Part shown: one piece after another, positions 8,089 through 18,657 of the stretch
Layout: each line of letters starts with the position of its first letter
Position numbering within the stretch: the first letter of the stretch is position 1
Assembly: GCA_046091195.1 (NCBI GenBank)
Contig: JBJTBD010000065.1
Coordinates: forward strand, 1 to 58,123
Direction of reading: 5' to 3'
Source: Actinomycetota bacterium
Lineage (GTDB): Bacteria; Actinomycetota; Actinomycetes; S36-B12
Length of the DNA stretch: 58,123 bases
Position numbers and translations under genes: made by a program
The notes under the pieces: model-generated
Seen by the model: the letters and a program-made list of their open reading frames with translations, nothing else
Database searches by the model: none
What the model was told of the DNA's origin: nothing

Positions 8089-9769
8089 TCGGGAGGCGCC
8101 GATCGCGCCCGAACGCCCGCAGTGAGATTTTCGTTCCCGGTGGGTACTGACGTCGCTTGTATTCCGCTCGGTCGGTGAGCGCGATCACGCGTCGGGCCGT
8201 CTCCCGATCGAATCGGGTGGCGAGATGGCCCAGGTCGTGGTCGCCGGAGACGTACTCCTCGAGGATCGCGTCCAGTTTGGCGTAATCCGGAAGCGAATCG
8301 GTGTCCAATTGACCGGGGCGCAACTCCGCACTCGGCGGCTTGGTGATGCTCGAGGGTGGGATCGGTTGGCCCGGTCCCACGTCATTGCGCCACCGGGCCA
8401 GTTCCCAGACGAGCGTCTTGGGCACGTCCTTGATGGGGGCGAACCCGCCGACCGCGTCGCCGTAGATGGTCGAGTATCCGACCGCCAACTCGCTCTTGTT
8501 GCCCGTCGCGAGGACCAGGTGCCCCTCCGCATTCGACAGGCTCATCAGGATCATGCCCCGGATGCGCGCCTGGAGGTTCTCGGCGGCGAGACCATCGAGG
8601 GCCAATGACTCCTGGAAGGCCGCGAACATAGGTTCGATGGGCACCTCCCGGAAGTTCAATACGGTGCGCTCCGCAAGATCTCGCGCATCGGAGCGCGAGT
8701 GCTCGGAGGAGTAGCGGCTAGGCATGCCCACACCGAATACCCGGTTCGCACCGAGCGCATCGCAGGCGAGGGACGCCACGAGTGCGGAGTCGATGCCGCC
8801 ACTGAGACCCAGCATCACAGAGGCGAAACCGTTCTTCTCCACGTAGTCGCGCAGCCCGAGGACGAGAGCACCGTGCACCTCGGTCAGGTCATCTGCGCGC
8901 GGCCGCGTCATAGACGGGGGAGTTGTAGACGGGGCGTGTGAGCGCTCGATGCTGATCGGCAGGGAAATACGGCTGCGTGGCACCGAGATATCGACGGTGA
9001 ACACACCCGATTCAAATTGTGGTGCGCGCAGCAGGACGGAACCGTCGGCGTCGACCGTCATCGAATCCCCGTCGAAGACAAGTTCATCCTGACCGCCGAC
9101 GAGGTTGACGTAGACGAGAGCGGAGCCGGCTTCCCGTGCCCGCGCTTGACAGAGCGCTAGGCGGGTGTCGTCCTTGCTGCGTTCATAGGGTGAGGCGTTG
9201 AGAACTGCAAGCAACCCCGGGCCGGTCTCGCGAGCCCAGGCCACCGGTCCGCCTGCACGCCAGAGGTCCTCGCAGATCGCGATACTCACTTTCGCTCCTT
9301 CGAGGAGGAACTCGACGGGTGTGTCACCCGCGACGAAATAACGGGCCTCGTCGAAGACCCCGTAGTTGGGCAGGTGGTGTTTGACGTAGCGGGCGCGCAC
9401 CTGACCGTCGTGCACGAGTGCGGTGGCATTGAGCGGTCCACCCGCCGGTTGATCGGCGCGGAGTTCATCGCTGTGATCGAGGTAGCCGACGAGGCAGGGC
9501 AGATCACCGAGTCCGAGTGCGTGCACCTCCGCGGCCCACGCGTGCATCGCGGCGCGACTTGCGCGCTGGAACGAGGGGCGCAGAGCGAGATCCTCGACCG
9601 GGTACCCGTCCAGCACGAGCTCCGGGAAGACCACGAGGTCTGCGCCGGCGCTGTGGGCCTCACGCAGCGCCTGGGTCATCAGCGATGCATTAGCGGACAG
9701 GTCTCCCACGGTGGGATTGATCTGGGCCAGGGCCACCCTGAGGGTGGTGTCACCCGTGCTCTCGGCCAC
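8063..9769 (-). CDS. nadE: glutamine-dependent NAD+ synthetase
   Basis: N-terminal CN-hydrolase domain (LRVALAQINP, VVFPELVLDGYP, YVKHHLPNYGVFDE, IAICEDLW) plus an NAD synthetase domain (LGLSGGIDS). Start set at GTG 9769 just upstream of TTLRVALAQ. The track ORF extends to 9865, but that extension would run across the glnA2 start at 9832. Start uncertain. Confidence 0.85.
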   Translation of the reverse strand: MAESTGDTTLRVALAQINPTVGDLSANASLMTQALREAHSAGADLVVFPELVLDGYPVEDLALRPSFQRASRAAMHAWAAEVHALGLGDLPCLVGYLDHSDELRADQPAGGPLNATALVHDGQVRARYVKHHLPNYGVFDEARYFVAGDTPVEFLLEGAKVSIAICEDLWRAGGPVAWARETGPGLLAVLNASPYERSKDDTRLALCQARAREAGSALVYVNLVGGQDELVFDGDSMTVDADGSVLLRAPQFESGVFTVDISVPRSRISLPISIERSHAPSTTPPSMTRPRADDLTEVHGALVLGLRDYVEKNGFASVMLGLSGGIDSALVASLACDALGANRVFGVGMPSRYSSEHSRSDARDLAERTVLNFREVPIEPMFAAFQESLALDGLAAENLQARIRGMILMSLSNAEGHLVLATGNKSELAVGYSTIYGDAVGGFAPIKDVPKTLVWELARWRNDVGPGQPIPPSSITKPPSAELRPGQLDTDSLPDYAKLDAILEEYVSGDHDLGHLATRFDRETARRVIALTDRAEYKRRQYPPGTKISLRAFGRDRRLPITHHWREG

Positions 9770-9792
9770 GTCGCGAGCGTAGTTCGGCGTAC

Positions 9793-9808
9793 TTAACCTC
9801 CCCGTAAC
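9793..9808 (+). promoter_or_regulatory. GlnR-box-like direct repeat upstream of glnA2
   Basis: TTAAC-CTCCCC-GTAAC lies 24 nt upstream of the GTG at 9832. Resembles the actinobacterial GlnR half-site spacing gTnAc-n6-GaAAc. Confidence 0.25.
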
Positions 9809-9831
9809 AACCCCGCCGCCACTATGGACCC

Positions 9832-11169
9832 GTGGACAAGCAGGCAGAGTTCGTTCTCCGCACAATCGAAGAGCGCGATATTCGCTTCATCCGACTGTGG
9901 TTCACCGACGTCCTCGGGACCCTGAAGTCCGTGGCGATCGCCCCAGCGGAACTGGAGGGCGCCTTCGCCGAAGGCATCGGATTCGACGGCTCGGCCATCG
10001 AAGGTTTCGCGCGCGTCTACGAGTCCGACATGATCGCGCGCCCCGATCCGAGCACGTTCTCGATCCTTCCCTGGCGCACCGAGGGCCCGGCTGTTGCACG
10101 TCTGTTCTGCGACATCCTGTTGCCCGACGGGTCGCCGTCGTATGCCGATCCTCGGCATGTGCTCAAGCGCAGTCTGGCGAAGGCGGCCGATCTCGGATTC
10201 ACCTTCTATACGCACCCCGAGGTGGAGTTCTACCTGTTCAAGGGGATGCCGGAGCCCGGTTCACCGCCCGTGCCCGTGGATCACTACGGCTATTTCGACA
10301 ATGCCCCGCATGGCATCGGTCATGACTTCCGACGTCAGGCGATCACCATGCTCGAGGCGATGGGCATCTCCGTCGAGTTCAGTCACCACGAAGGTGGTCC
10401 CGGCCAGCAGGAGATCGACCTGCGCTACGCCGATGCACTCACCACCGCGGACAACCTGATGACCTTCCGCCTGGTCGTGCAGGAAGTTGCACTCGAGCAG
10501 GGACTCTTCGCCTCCTTCATGCCCAAGCCGCATCGGGACCACCCCGGCAACGGGCTGCATACCCACCTGTCGCTGTTCGAGGGGGACCGCAACGCGTTCT
10601 TCGAACCGGGCGCGGAGTATCAGCTCTCCAAAGTCGCCCGCTCCTTTATCGCGGGACTGCTCGTGCATGCGCCGGAGATCACCGCGATCACCAACCAGTG
10701 GGTCAACTCCTACAAGCGCCTCGCCGGAGGCGCGGAGGCACCGGCCTGGATCTGTTGGGGTCACAACAATCGATCCGCATTGATCCGCGTTCCCATGTAC
10801 AAGCCCTCCAAGGGCAACAGCACGCGCATCGAGTACCGCGCCATGGACAGCGCCACGAATCCCTATCTCGCCTTCGCCGTCTTACTTGCCGCGGGGATGA
10901 AGGGCATTGAGGAGTCCTATGAACTTCCGCCGGGATCCGAGGACGACGTCTGGGCCCTGACGGCCTCCGAGCGTCGGGCCCTGGGTATGGAGCCCCTCCC
11001 GGCGAGCCTGGATCAGGCCATCGCGCTCACGGAGAAGTCCGAGTTGGTCGCCGAGACTCTGGGGGAGCACGTCTTCGACTTCTTCCTGCGCAACAAGCGG
11101 GCGGACTGGGAGGACTACCGCCGCCAGGTGACCCCGTGGGAGCTCGAGAGGTACCTTCCCTCACTGTGA
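9832..11169 (+). CDS. glnA2: type I glutamine synthetase, GlnA2-type
   Basis: 445 aa, GTG start. IRFIRLWFTDVLGTLKSVAI, FDGSAIEGF, HHEGGPGQQEIDLRY, and NSYKRL...AP..ICWGHNNRSALIRVP. Confidence 0.9.
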   Translation: MDKQAEFVLRTIEERDIRFIRLWFTDVLGTLKSVAIAPAELEGAFAEGIGFDGSAIEGFARVYESDMIARPDPSTFSILPWRTEGPAVARLFCDILLPDGSPSYADPRHVLKRSLAKAADLGFTFYTHPEVEFYLFKGMPEPGSPPVPVDHYGYFDNAPHGIGHDFRRQAITMLEAMGISVEFSHHEGGPGQQEIDLRYADALTTADNLMTFRLVVQEVALEQGLFASFMPKPHRDHPGNGLHTHLSLFEGDRNAFFEPGAEYQLSKVARSFIAGLLVHAPEITAITNQWVNSYKRLAGGAEAPAWICWGHNNRSALIRVPMYKPSKGNSTRIEYRAMDSATNPYLAFAVLLAAGMKGIEESYELPPGSEDDVWALTASERRALGMEPLPASLDQAIALTEKSELVAETLGEHVFDFFLRNKRADWEDYRRQVTPWELERYLPSL

Positions 11170-14100
11170 CCAGCGAGCGTCAGTCAGCCCCGGCAATGCG
11201 GCTGGCTCGCTCGGGTTTCCGTGATCCGGAGCGTGCCGAGCGGCTCCTCGAGTCCCCGGTACTCGCCCACGTGCAGGCGGAGATCGGTGATCACCTCGCC
11301 TCCGCCCTGGGCTCGTGCGCCGATCCCGATCTCGGCCTGATGCAACTCACCAGGCTTGTCGAGACCGGATCGGATGCCGATCGCCGCCGCTGGGTCCGTG
11401 AATGGGGCGCGGATCCCGATGCACTCGCTCGACTCCTGGACATCATGGGTCTGTCGGTCGCGTTGGGCGACTTCCTCATCCGACACCCGGAAGTCCGCAC
11501 CGTGGTCATCGACTCGGAGGGGCTCACGCGGACGCCCACACCGGAGGGCATGCGCACAGCGCTCCTGCATTCCGTTGGTGCCGATCCACACGACGAGGCT
11601 CCGACCGCCACCCTCGCGGAGGACGCGGCCATGGATGCATTGCGCATTCGATACCGCGAGATCCTCCTCGGTATTGCGGTGCGTGACGTCTCCGGCGTGG
11701 CGTCCGTCGACATTGTGGCCGAGTGGCTATCCGATCTCGCCGACTCCGCTCTCGAAACGGCGCTTGCGATCGCCCGGGCGGCTAACCCTCACCATGCGGC
11801 CGCGACGCGGCTGGCGATCATCGGGATGGGCAAGTGCGGTGCACGCGAGTTGAACTACATCAGTGACGTCGATGTCATCTTCGTCGCGGCGGCCCCCGCA
11901 GGAGTCGAGGAGGCCGTCGCGGTGACGAGTGCCACGGTGCTCGCCACAGCGGTGATGCGCATCTGCAGCACCGCGACGGCCGAGGGCGGTCTCTGGGAGG
12001 TCGACGCTGCGCTTCGGCCGGAAGGCAAGCAAGGGGCACTCGTCCGCACGCTGGAATCCCACCTCGCCTATTACGGGCGCTGGGCGAAGACCTGGGAGTT
12101 CCAGGCGCTGCTGAAGGCTCGATTCTCTGCCGGCGATCGGGCCCTGGGTGACGCGTACGTCGACGCCGTCTCACCGCTGATCTGGTCCGCGGCGGACCGC
12201 GACGGCTTCGTCGGCGAAGTGCAGGCGATGCGTCGGCGGGTCGAGGAAAACGTCCCTGCGGCGCTCGCCGAACGTGAGATCAAGTTGGGTCCGGGTGGTC
12301 TGCGCGATATCGAGTTCAGCGTCCAACTCCTGCAGTTGGTGCATGGGCGAAGCGATGTGATGTTGCGGCGGCCGGCCACGCTGTCCTCGCTGGAGGCGCT
12401 CGCGACCTGGGGCTACGTCGCTCGCTCCGATTCGTCGAGTCTCGCGGATGCGTACCGATTCCTGCGCACCCTGGAGCACCGCCTCCAACTGCGTCACCTG
12501 CGTCGAACCCATGTTCTCCCCGAGGACGAGGATGAACTCCGGGTGATCGCCCGATCCCTGGGGTTCCGCTCCGACCCCATCGCGGAGTTGATGGCCGAGT
12601 GGCGGCGCCACGCCCGCGAAGCGCGGCGACTGCACGAGAAGTTGTTCTATCGACCACTGCTCCAGGCCGTGGCGCGCCTCGACGCAGGGGAGGCGCGGCT
12701 GTCACTGCAGGCGGCCGAGGAGCGCATGGCGGCACTGGGCTATGCCAACCCCAGCGGTGCGCTGGCGCACTTGACCGCGCTCACCACCGGGGTGAGTCGA
12801 CGCGCGACGATCCAGCGCACGCTGCTGCCCGTCCTGCTCGGATGGTTCGCCGACGGGCCGGATCCCGACGCAGGACTCCTGGGTTTCCGTCAGGTCAGCG
12901 ATGACCTCGGTGCCACACCCTGGTACCTGCGCCTGCTCCGGGACGAGTCGATCGTGGCCGAACGGATGGCCCACATCCTCAGCTCGAGTCGCTACGCGAC
13001 CGATCTTCTCCTGCGCGCACCTGCGTCGGTGCAGATGCTCGCCGCGGATGAAGAACTCGCCCCGCGGTCCCTGGAGTCCCTGACAACCGAAGTGGATGCG
13101 ATCGCAACCCGGCACGACACACCGGAGGCGATCGTGTCAGCGATCCGCGCCATGCGCCGCAAGGAGCTCTTCCGCCTGGCGGTGGGGGAGATCCTCGGGA
13201 CCACCGGTTCCGCGGACGTGGGTCGCGGTCTCACGGATGTCGCGACGGCGTCCATCGATGGAGCGTTACGTGCCGCATGGCAATCCATCGCAGGTGATGG
13301 GGTGCATCACGCTCGGATCGCGGTGATTGCGATGGGCCGTTTCGGTGGATCCGAACTCGGGTTCGCGAGTGATGCAGACGTCATGTTCGTCTACGAGGTT
13401 CTGCCCGATGCTGACGAGACGGAGGCGGGCAAGCAGGCCTTCGCGGTCGCCAATGAGTTGCGCGCACTGTTGATGACCGCCTCGACCGATCCGGCGCTGG
13501 AGATCGACGCGGATCTGCGCCCGGAGGGTAAGTCCGGCCCGCTCGTGCGGTCCCTGGATTCGTATCAGTCCTATTACGCCCGCTGGTCCTCACCCTGGGA
13601 GGCGCAGGCCCTGCTGCGGGCCCGCGCCGTTGCTGGTGATCCAGATCTGGGCGCCCGGTTCATTGCGATGATCGACCCATTGCGCTACCCGATCGAGGGA
13701 CTTGCACCCGATGCCCTGCGCGAGATGCGCAGGATCAAGGCACGCATGGAGTCCGAGCGTCTCCCGCGCGGTGCGGACCCGCGCCTGCACGCCAAGTTGG
13801 GCCCGGGTGGACTCAGCGACGTGGAGTGGGTTGCCCAACTCCTCCAGTTGCAGCATGCGCACCACATCCCCGACCTCCAGGACACGAGCACGCTGTCGGT
13901 GCTCGACGCCGCGGTCACGCACTCACTCCTGAGTGTTCAGGATGCTGCAACCCTGCGTTCGTCATGGTTGCTGGCAACATCGATCCGCAATGCGGTGATG
14001 CTCGCCCGTGGTCGTCCGAGCGACATGGTTCCCACCGACCCCCGGGAGGCGATGGCGGTGGGCTTCATCCTCGGCCGCGGTGCTCGCGCTGGGACCGAGA

Positions 14101-14171
14101 TGCGCGAGGAGTACCTCCGAGTCAGCCGACGGGCTCGGCAGGTCATGGAGCGCGTCTTCTACGGCGAGTGA
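11166..14171 (+). CDS. glnE: bifunctional glutamine synthetase adenylyltransferase/adenylyl-removing enzyme
   Basis: About 1000 aa with two duplicated nucleotidyltransferase halves (GMGKCGARELNYISDVDVIFV and AMGRFGGSELGFASDADVMFV; LRPEGKQGALV and LRPEGKSGPLV). GTG 11166 overlaps the glnA2 stop (GTGA). The ATG of MRLARSGF is an alternative start. Confidence 0.9.
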   Translation: MTSERQSAPAMRLARSGFRDPERAERLLESPVLAHVQAEIGDHLASALGSCADPDLGLMQLTRLVETGSDADRRRWVREWGADPDALARLLDIMGLSVALGDFLIRHPEVRTVVIDSEGLTRTPTPEGMRTALLHSVGADPHDEAPTATLAEDAAMDALRIRYREILLGIAVRDVSGVASVDIVAEWLSDLADSALETALAIARAANPHHAAATRLAIIGMGKCGARELNYISDVDVIFVAAAPAGVEEAVAVTSATVLATAVMRICSTATAEGGLWEVDAALRPEGKQGALVRTLESHLAYYGRWAKTWEFQALLKARFSAGDRALGDAYVDAVSPLIWSAADRDGFVGEVQAMRRRVEENVPAALAEREIKLGPGGLRDIEFSVQLLQLVHGRSDVMLRRPATLSSLEALATWGYVARSDSSSLADAYRFLRTLEHRLQLRHLRRTHVLPEDEDELRVIARSLGFRSDPIAELMAEWRRHAREARRLHEKLFYRPLLQAVARLDAGEARLSLQAAEERMAALGYANPSGALAHLTALTTGVSRRATIQRTLLPVLLGWFADGPDPDAGLLGFRQVSDDLGATPWYLRLLRDESIVAERMAHILSSSRYATDLLLRAPASVQMLAADEELAPRSLESLTTEVDAIATRHDTPEAIVSAIRAMRRKELFRLAVGEILGTTGSADVGRGLTDVATASIDGALRAAWQSIAGDGVHHARIAVIAMGRFGGSELGFASDADVMFVYEVLPDADETEAGKQAFAVANELRALLMTASTDPALEIDADLRPEGKSGPLVRSLDSYQSYYARWSSPWEAQALLRARAVAGDPDLGARFIAMIDPLRYPIEGLAPDALREMRRIKARMESERLPRGADPRLHAKLGPGGLSDVEWVAQLLQLQHAHHIPDLQDTSTLSVLDAAVTHSLLSVQDAATLRSSWLLATSIRNAVMLARGRPSDMVPTDPREAMAVGFILGRGARAGTEMREEYLRVSRRARQVMERVFYGE

Positions 14172-14298
14172 GGCCCGCTTGAGTCGGGGCATCACCCCGA
14201 GGTCTACGAGTTCCGCCTAGACCATGGAGGACGCGCCGTGTGTCCGGTGGCGACACGTACGCCGTCGAAACCTTTCTGTTTCCTTTCGGAACACCCGA

Positions 14299-15408
14299 TC
14301 AGGGTGCGGCGACGAGGACCAGGAAGCCGGCCAACAGCGATAGGTGGATGCTGCCCTGCAGCACGGTCGCGCGTCCTGCGAGCACGGTCGCCAAGCCGGT
14401 GAACAGGGTTGCGGCGAGGAGCACGATGGCTGTCGCGTCGAGGCCCAGGATCAACTGGTAATCGAATAGCCAGGAGATCACGGCAATGGTGGGGATCGTC
14501 AGCCCGATACTCGCCATAGCCGATCCATAGGCGAGGTTCAGACTCGTTTGGATCCGGTTGCGTCGAGCGGCTCGGACTGCCGCGATCGACTCCGGAAGCA
14601 GAACCAGCAGGGCGATTGAGACCGCCACCGCGGCCGACGGAAGTCCCACATTGACCAGCCCGGCCTCGATCAGCGGACTCGACACCTTGGCAAGACCGAC
14701 AACGGCGACCAACGCGATCACCAACAGGATCAAGCTGCCCAGAGCGGTTCGTCCGGTGGGGGGTACCACGTGCACGGACTCCGGCAGCGGGGTAGGCGTT
14801 GCCTCGTCCGCGTCGGGAAGGAAGTAGTCCCGATGCCGCACCGTCTGGACGAGCACGAACACCAGGTAGACGGTGAGTGCCGCCAAAGCGGCGAACGCGA
14901 GCTGGGTCGTATTCAGGGTTGGTCCCGCCGTACTGGTGGTGAAGGTCGGAAGGATCAGGCAGAACGTGGAAATGGCGGCGATCGCGGACAATCCCGACAC
15001 GGCGCCTGCTGCGTTGAAGGTCGCCTCACCACCCCGCAGAGTCCGTGTGATCAGTGCGATCCCCACAATGCCGTTACAGGTGATCATGAGGGCGGCGAAG
15101 ATGGTGTCCCGGGCCAAGGTCTGCGTCCCGAGTGGGTCCGAAGTCATCAAAGTGACGATCAGGGCGACCTCGATGATCGTCACCGCCACGGCCAGCGTGA
15201 GTGACCCGAAGGGTTCACCGACCTTGGCGGCGACAACCTCGGCATGGTGGACCGCACTCAGGATCGCCAGTGCGAGCACGAGGGAGGTGAGCACCAGGGT
15301 GAGCGTGGGCAGTTCCCTGTTCCAGGTGAGCGCGAGAACGATGACCGCCACGATCGGCACCGCGACGTGCCAGACGCGTCGCCGGGTGGGAATCTCTCGT
15401 CCTGCCAT
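14299..15408 (-). CDS. chaA: calcium:proton antiporter (CaCA/ChaA family)
   Basis: 369 aa and about 11 TM segments, with two internally related halves each carrying a GEPFGS/..LPESIAA-type alpha-repeat region. Confidence 0.75.
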   Translation of the reverse strand: MAGREIPTRRRVWHVAVPIVAVIVLALTWNRELPTLTLVLTSLVLALAILSAVHHAEVVAAKVGEPFGSLTLAVAVTIIEVALIVTLMTSDPLGTQTLARDTIFAALMITCNGIVGIALITRTLRGGEATFNAAGAVSGLSAIAAISTFCLILPTFTTSTAGPTLNTTQLAFAALAALTVYLVFVLVQTVRHRDYFLPDADEATPTPLPESVHVVPPTGRTALGSLILLVIALVAVVGLAKVSSPLIEAGLVNVGLPSAAVAVSIALLVLLPESIAAVRAARRNRIQTSLNLAYGSAMASIGLTIPTIAVISWLFDYQLILGLDATAIVLLAATLFTGLATVLAGRATVLQGSIHLSLLAGFLVLVAAP

Positions 15409-15447
15409 GGTCCTACCCTCGCACGTTCTGTGGACCCCTCCAACTGA

Positions 15448-15480
15448 GAACGGCCCCCCGGGAGTCCCGGGGGGCCGTTC
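15448..15480 (-). terminator. GC-rich perfect hairpin downstream of glnA
   Basis: GAACGGCCCCCCGGGA-GT-CCCGGGGGGCCGTTC, about 40 nt after the glnA stop. No U-run. Confidence 0.6.
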
Positions 15481-15521
15481 GTTTCCCAGTGCGCGCGAGG
15501 CGAATCGACGCGACGGGGGGA

Positions 15522-16946
15522 TCAGATGTCGTAGTACATCTCGAACTCGTGCGGATGCGGGCGGAGGCGAATCGGATCCACCTCGTTGCTCCGCTTGTAG
15601 TCCACCCAGGTCTCGATGAGATCCGCGGGGAATACGCCACCGGCCTGCAGGTAGTCGTTGTCCTTCTCGAGGGCATCCAGCACTTCTGTGAGGGATCCGG
15701 GGACCTGCGGGATATTCGCCAACTCATCCGGAGGAAGCTCGTACAGGTCCTTGTCCACCGGTGCCATCGGCTCAATCTTGTTCTTCACGCCGTCGATGCC
15801 CGCCATCATCATCGCCGCGAAAGCGAGATAGGGGTTGCTGGACGGATCGGGGACGCGGAACTCGATGCGCTTGGCCTTCGGCGAGTTACCGGTGACCGGG
15901 ATTCGGATGCACGCCGAGCGGGTACGGGCCGAGTAGACCAGGTTCTCCGGGGCTTCGAAGCCAGGCACCAGGCGGTGGTAGGAGTTCACCGTCGGGTTGG
16001 TGAACGCGAGCAGCGACGGTGCGTGGTGGAGCAGTCCACCGATGTACCAGCGGGCGATGTCGGAGAGGCCGCCGTAGCCCATCTCGTCGTAGAACAGCGG
16101 CTTGCCGTCCTTCCAGAGCGACTGGTGGCAGTGCATGCCGGAGCCGTTGTCGCCGAAGAGTGGCTTGGGCAGGAAGGTGGCGGTCTTGCCATGCGCCCAG
16201 GCGACGTTCTTGATGACGTACTTGAACAGCATCACCTGGTCGGCCGCGGCCTGCAGGGAGTTGAACTTGTAGTTGATCTCACCCTGGCCGGCAGTGCCGA
16301 CTTCATGGTGCGAACGCTCGACTTCCAGGCCGACCTTGAGCAGCGTCGTGACCATGTCGTCGCGGATATCGGCGAAGTGGTCGACCGGCGGGACCGGGAA
16401 GTAGCCACCCTTGTAGCGGGTCTTGTAGCCGCGGTTGCCACCCTCCTCGATGCGACCGGTGTTCCATGCACCCTCGATGGAGTCGATGAAGTAGTAGCTG
16501 GAGTGCTGGTTGGTCTCGAAGCGCACATCATCGAAGACGTAGAACTCCGCTTCTGGACCGAAGTACACCGTGTCCGCGATCCCGGTCGAGCGCAGATAGG
16601 CCTCGGCCTTGGCGGCGACGTTGCGGGGATCACGGCTGTACGGCTCGTTGGTGAACGGATCCAGGATGGAGAAGTTCATCACGAGCGTCTTGGCGGACCG
16701 GAACGGGTCGATGTAGGCGGTGGCCGGATCCGGGACCAACTTCATGTCGGACTCGTGGATCGCCTGGAAGCCGCGGATCGATGAACCGTCGAACATCAGG
16801 CCATCCTCGAATGCCTCGATACCGAATGATGATGCGGGCACGTTGAAGTGCTGCATCACACCGGGGAGATCTATGAAGCGAACGTCGACGAATTCGACGT
16901 TCTCGTGCTTGATGTACTTGAGTACATCGTCGGCGTTCTTGAACAT
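15522..16946 (-). CDS. glnA: type I glutamine synthetase (GSI-beta)
   Basis: Start [29 protein letters not shown] (cat 16944-16946) is preceded by GGAGG. 474 aa. The adenylylation-site context [10 protein letters not shown] is present. The 626-aa track ORF is an upstream over-extension. Confidence 0.95.
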   Translation of the reverse strand: MFKNADDVLKYIKHENVEFVDVRFIDLPGVMQHFNVPASSFGIEAFEDGLMFDGSSIRGFQAIHESDMKLVPDPATAYIDPFRSAKTLVMNFSILDPFTNEPYSRDPRNVAAKAEAYLRSTGIADTVYFGPEAEFYVFDDVRFETNQHSSYYFIDSIEGAWNTGRIEEGGNRGYKTRYKGGYFPVPPVDHFADIRDDMVTTLLKVGLEVERSHHEVGTAGQGEINYKFNSLQAAADQVMLFKYVIKNVAWAHGKTATFLPKPLFGDNGSGMHCHQSLWKDGKPLFYDEMGYGGLSDIARWYIGGLLHHAPSLLAFTNPTVNSYHRLVPGFEAPENLVYSARTRSACIRIPVTGNSPKAKRIEFRVPDPSSNPYLAFAAMMMAGIDGVKNKIEPMAPVDKDLYELPPDELANIPQVPGSLTEVLDALEKDNDYLQAGGVFPADLIETWVDYKRSNEVDPIRLRPHPHEFEMYYDI

Positions 16947-17028
16947 GGAACCTCCGTACTCGCCTCGCGCGGTGACTTTCACCGGTTCCGACGCTAGGCA
17001 GGGGCCGTGACGCGGCCGTATCCCGTCT

Positions 17029-17057
17029 GTTTCACCCGTGTTAACCGCTAGCGTTCC
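17029..17057 (-). promoter_or_regulatory. GlnR-box-like repeats upstream of glnA
   Basis: Minus strand reads GGAAC-GCTAGCG-GTTAAC-ACGGGT-GAAAC, 83-111 nt upstream of the glnA ATG. TTAAC-n6-GAAAC fits the gTnAc-n6-GaAAc consensus. Confidence 0.35.
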
Positions 17058-17060
17058 GGA

Positions 17061-17441
17061 ATGCGCGAGGACTACGCGGGTCTCCCGCCTGCCCGGCTCG
17101 GCCGTCGCGTCGTCGCCCTCGCCATCGACTGGCTTGCCTCGCTCCTCGTGGCACGCCTGGCATTCAGTCAGTTCGCCTACGGCTCGACGGATTCCTCGTT
17201 CGCGACCCTGGCGATCTTCTTCGTCGAAGTGACCCTGCTCACATGGCTGATCCAGGGGTCCTTCGGGCAACTGGTGGTCGGTCTGCGTGTGGTACCTATC
17301 ACCGGGGGGCGACTGTCCCTCTGGCGGGCCGCGCTGCGGACCGCACTGGTCTGCCTGGTGATCCCGGCAGTGGTCTACGACGAGGACGGCCGTGGGCTGC
17401 ACGACCGGGCCGTGGGGTCCGTCTGCGTGCGGGTGCGTTAG
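17061..17441 (+). CDS. RDD family membrane protein
   Basis: 126 aa. [19 protein letters not shown]..., ...[10 protein letters not shown] and ...[14 protein letters not shown]. Occupies the conserved position next to glnA (as Rv2219 does). Confidence 0.75.
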   Translation: MREDYAGLPPARLGRRVVALAIDWLASLLVARLAFSQFAYGSTDSSFATLAIFFVEVTLLTWLIQGSFGQLVVGLRVVPITGGRLSLWRAALRTALVCLVIPAVVYDEDGRGLHDRAVGSVCVRVR

Positions 17442-18109
17442 CGGGGCCTGCGCACCTGGCGAGGTGATGTCGGAATCGGGCCCTTGGGTACCGGCATCGA
17501 GTTCCGTGCATTGCCGAGTGCCTCGAGTCGGCGACGGACTTCGGTGATCTCGCCCCCTCGGAGACTGCGCGGCAACTTCTGGATCGAGCGCTGGAGCTTG
17601 AGCAGAGTGATCTGCCCTTCGTCGTCACCGACCTGAATCTCGTATATCGGCACCTCGGGTACCCAGCGCGCGGTGCGCTTACGTTCATTGGCGAGCATGT
17701 GCGTGATCCGTGACGCGGGTCCCTCGCCTACGAGGATCACGCCCGGCTTGCCAACGACGCGACTGATCATGTCCTGGTTCTTGCTCACGGCGACGGCGGG
17801 CGTCACTGCCCAGCCGCGCATGCTGTCGAGAACAGCAGCGGCAGCGCCGGGCTGGCCTTCGATCCGCTTGTATGCGGCACGGACGGCCCGGCGGCTGAAC
17901 CAGAAGGTCGCCGCGAGGAGTCCGACGGGGATTCCGAGCAGGATGCCCGTGAGCCAGTTGACGAGGAGTCCGACCGGAATCGCGACGGCCGCCCCCACGC
18001 CGAGGAGCAGGCCGATCAACTCGAGAGGGAGTGTCGGATAGGCCTGCGACGTCATCTTCCAGTTCTGTCCGATCGCGGACAGGCTTGTGCGTATGCGTCC
18101 CTTAGCCAT
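17438..18109 (-). CDS. DUF4191 domain-containing membrane protein
   Basis: Start [20 protein letters not shown] (cat 18107-18109). Two TM helices followed by [18 protein letters not shown]...[14 protein letters not shown]. Conserved actinobacterial neighbour of lipA. Confidence 0.75.
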   Translation of the reverse strand: MAKGRIRTSLSAIGQNWKMTSQAYPTLPLELIGLLLGVGAAVAIPVGLLVNWLTGILLGIPVGLLAATFWFSRRAVRAAYKRIEGQPGAAAAVLDSMRGWAVTPAVAVSKNQDMISRVVGKPGVILVGEGPASRITHMLANERKRTARWVPEVPIYEIQVGDDEGQITLLKLQRSIQKLPRSLRGGEITEVRRRLEALGNARNSMPVPKGPIPTSPRQVRRPR

Positions 18110-18123
18110 GGCGGGAAGCCTAA

Positions 18124-18657
18124 CTACAGCGGCGGGTGGAGCGTGATGCTGTCCCCGGGGCGAACGACGCCCGGGTGATCGACCCAGCCGGTGAGACCGC
18201 GCAGACCCATGGCGGCCTTCGGGAACGACTCGGCTCGAGTGCCGTATGCGTCTTCGACCAGTCCGCCCGCGATCACGCACGGAAAATTCTCCCCGCCCAG
18301 GATCACGACTGCGCCGCTGCTGAACTCCATGCGGGTCATCCGAGGAAGACTCGTGAGGTCGGGGATTCCCGACGTGCAGATGTTGTCCGCGATCACCCCG
18401 GGCTCCAGCCGCGGAATCCCCATGCGAGACGCGATGGTCTCGAGTTCGCCGGTGTCGACGATCGACGCCTGACGGTGATTGCGGATGGTCGTGCCGCGGG
18501 CATAGACCTTCGTCTGACGCGTGTCCGATGCCATTGTCTCGCCGAAGTGGCGGTCGCCGACGACACCCGCGAACGTCAACTCCAGGTTGTCGACCGAAAT
18601 CGGTGTGGGGGAGTCGGCGGGCCAGACGTGGACGGCGACCACATGGGGGCTGGTCAT
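18124..18657 (-). CDS. MOSC domain-containing protein
   Basis: 177 aa. GVVGDRHFG, ...[25 protein letters not shown] and [17 protein letters not shown] match the MOSC beta-barrel pattern, including the conserved Cys. The ATG overlaps the lipA stop (ATGA). Confidence 0.55.
   Translation of the reverse strand: MTSPHVVAVHVWPADSPTPISVDNLELTFAGVVGDRHFGETMASDTRQTKVYARGTTIRNHRQASIVDTGELETIASRMGIPRLEPGVIADNICTSGIPDLTSLPRMTRMEFSSGAVVILGGENFPCVIAGGLVEDAYGTRAESFPKAAMGLRGLTGWVDHPGVVRPGDSITLHPPL

Noticed and set aside
14172-14298. 127-nt convergent intergenic region (glnE/chaA), examined for a tRNA, sRNA or terminator
   Set aside because: Only weak 4-6 bp stems are present (GGGG-n5-CCCC, GGTCTA-n11-TAGACC, GTGTC-n7-GACAC). 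There is no tRNA cloverleaf and no convincing terminator.
15522-17402. N-terminal over-extensions of track ORFs. Examples are glnA at 626 aa, map at 365 aa, the desulfurase-like ORF at 488 aa, ctaD at 623 aa, trpD at 402 aa and the SCO2322-like ORF at 320 aa.
   Set aside because: Family-typical N-termini begin at internal ATG/GTG codons. These are often preceded by a Shine-Dalgarno sequence or form ATGA/GTGA overlaps. The extensions overlap neighbouring genes or intergenic promoters and are Arg/Pro-rich.
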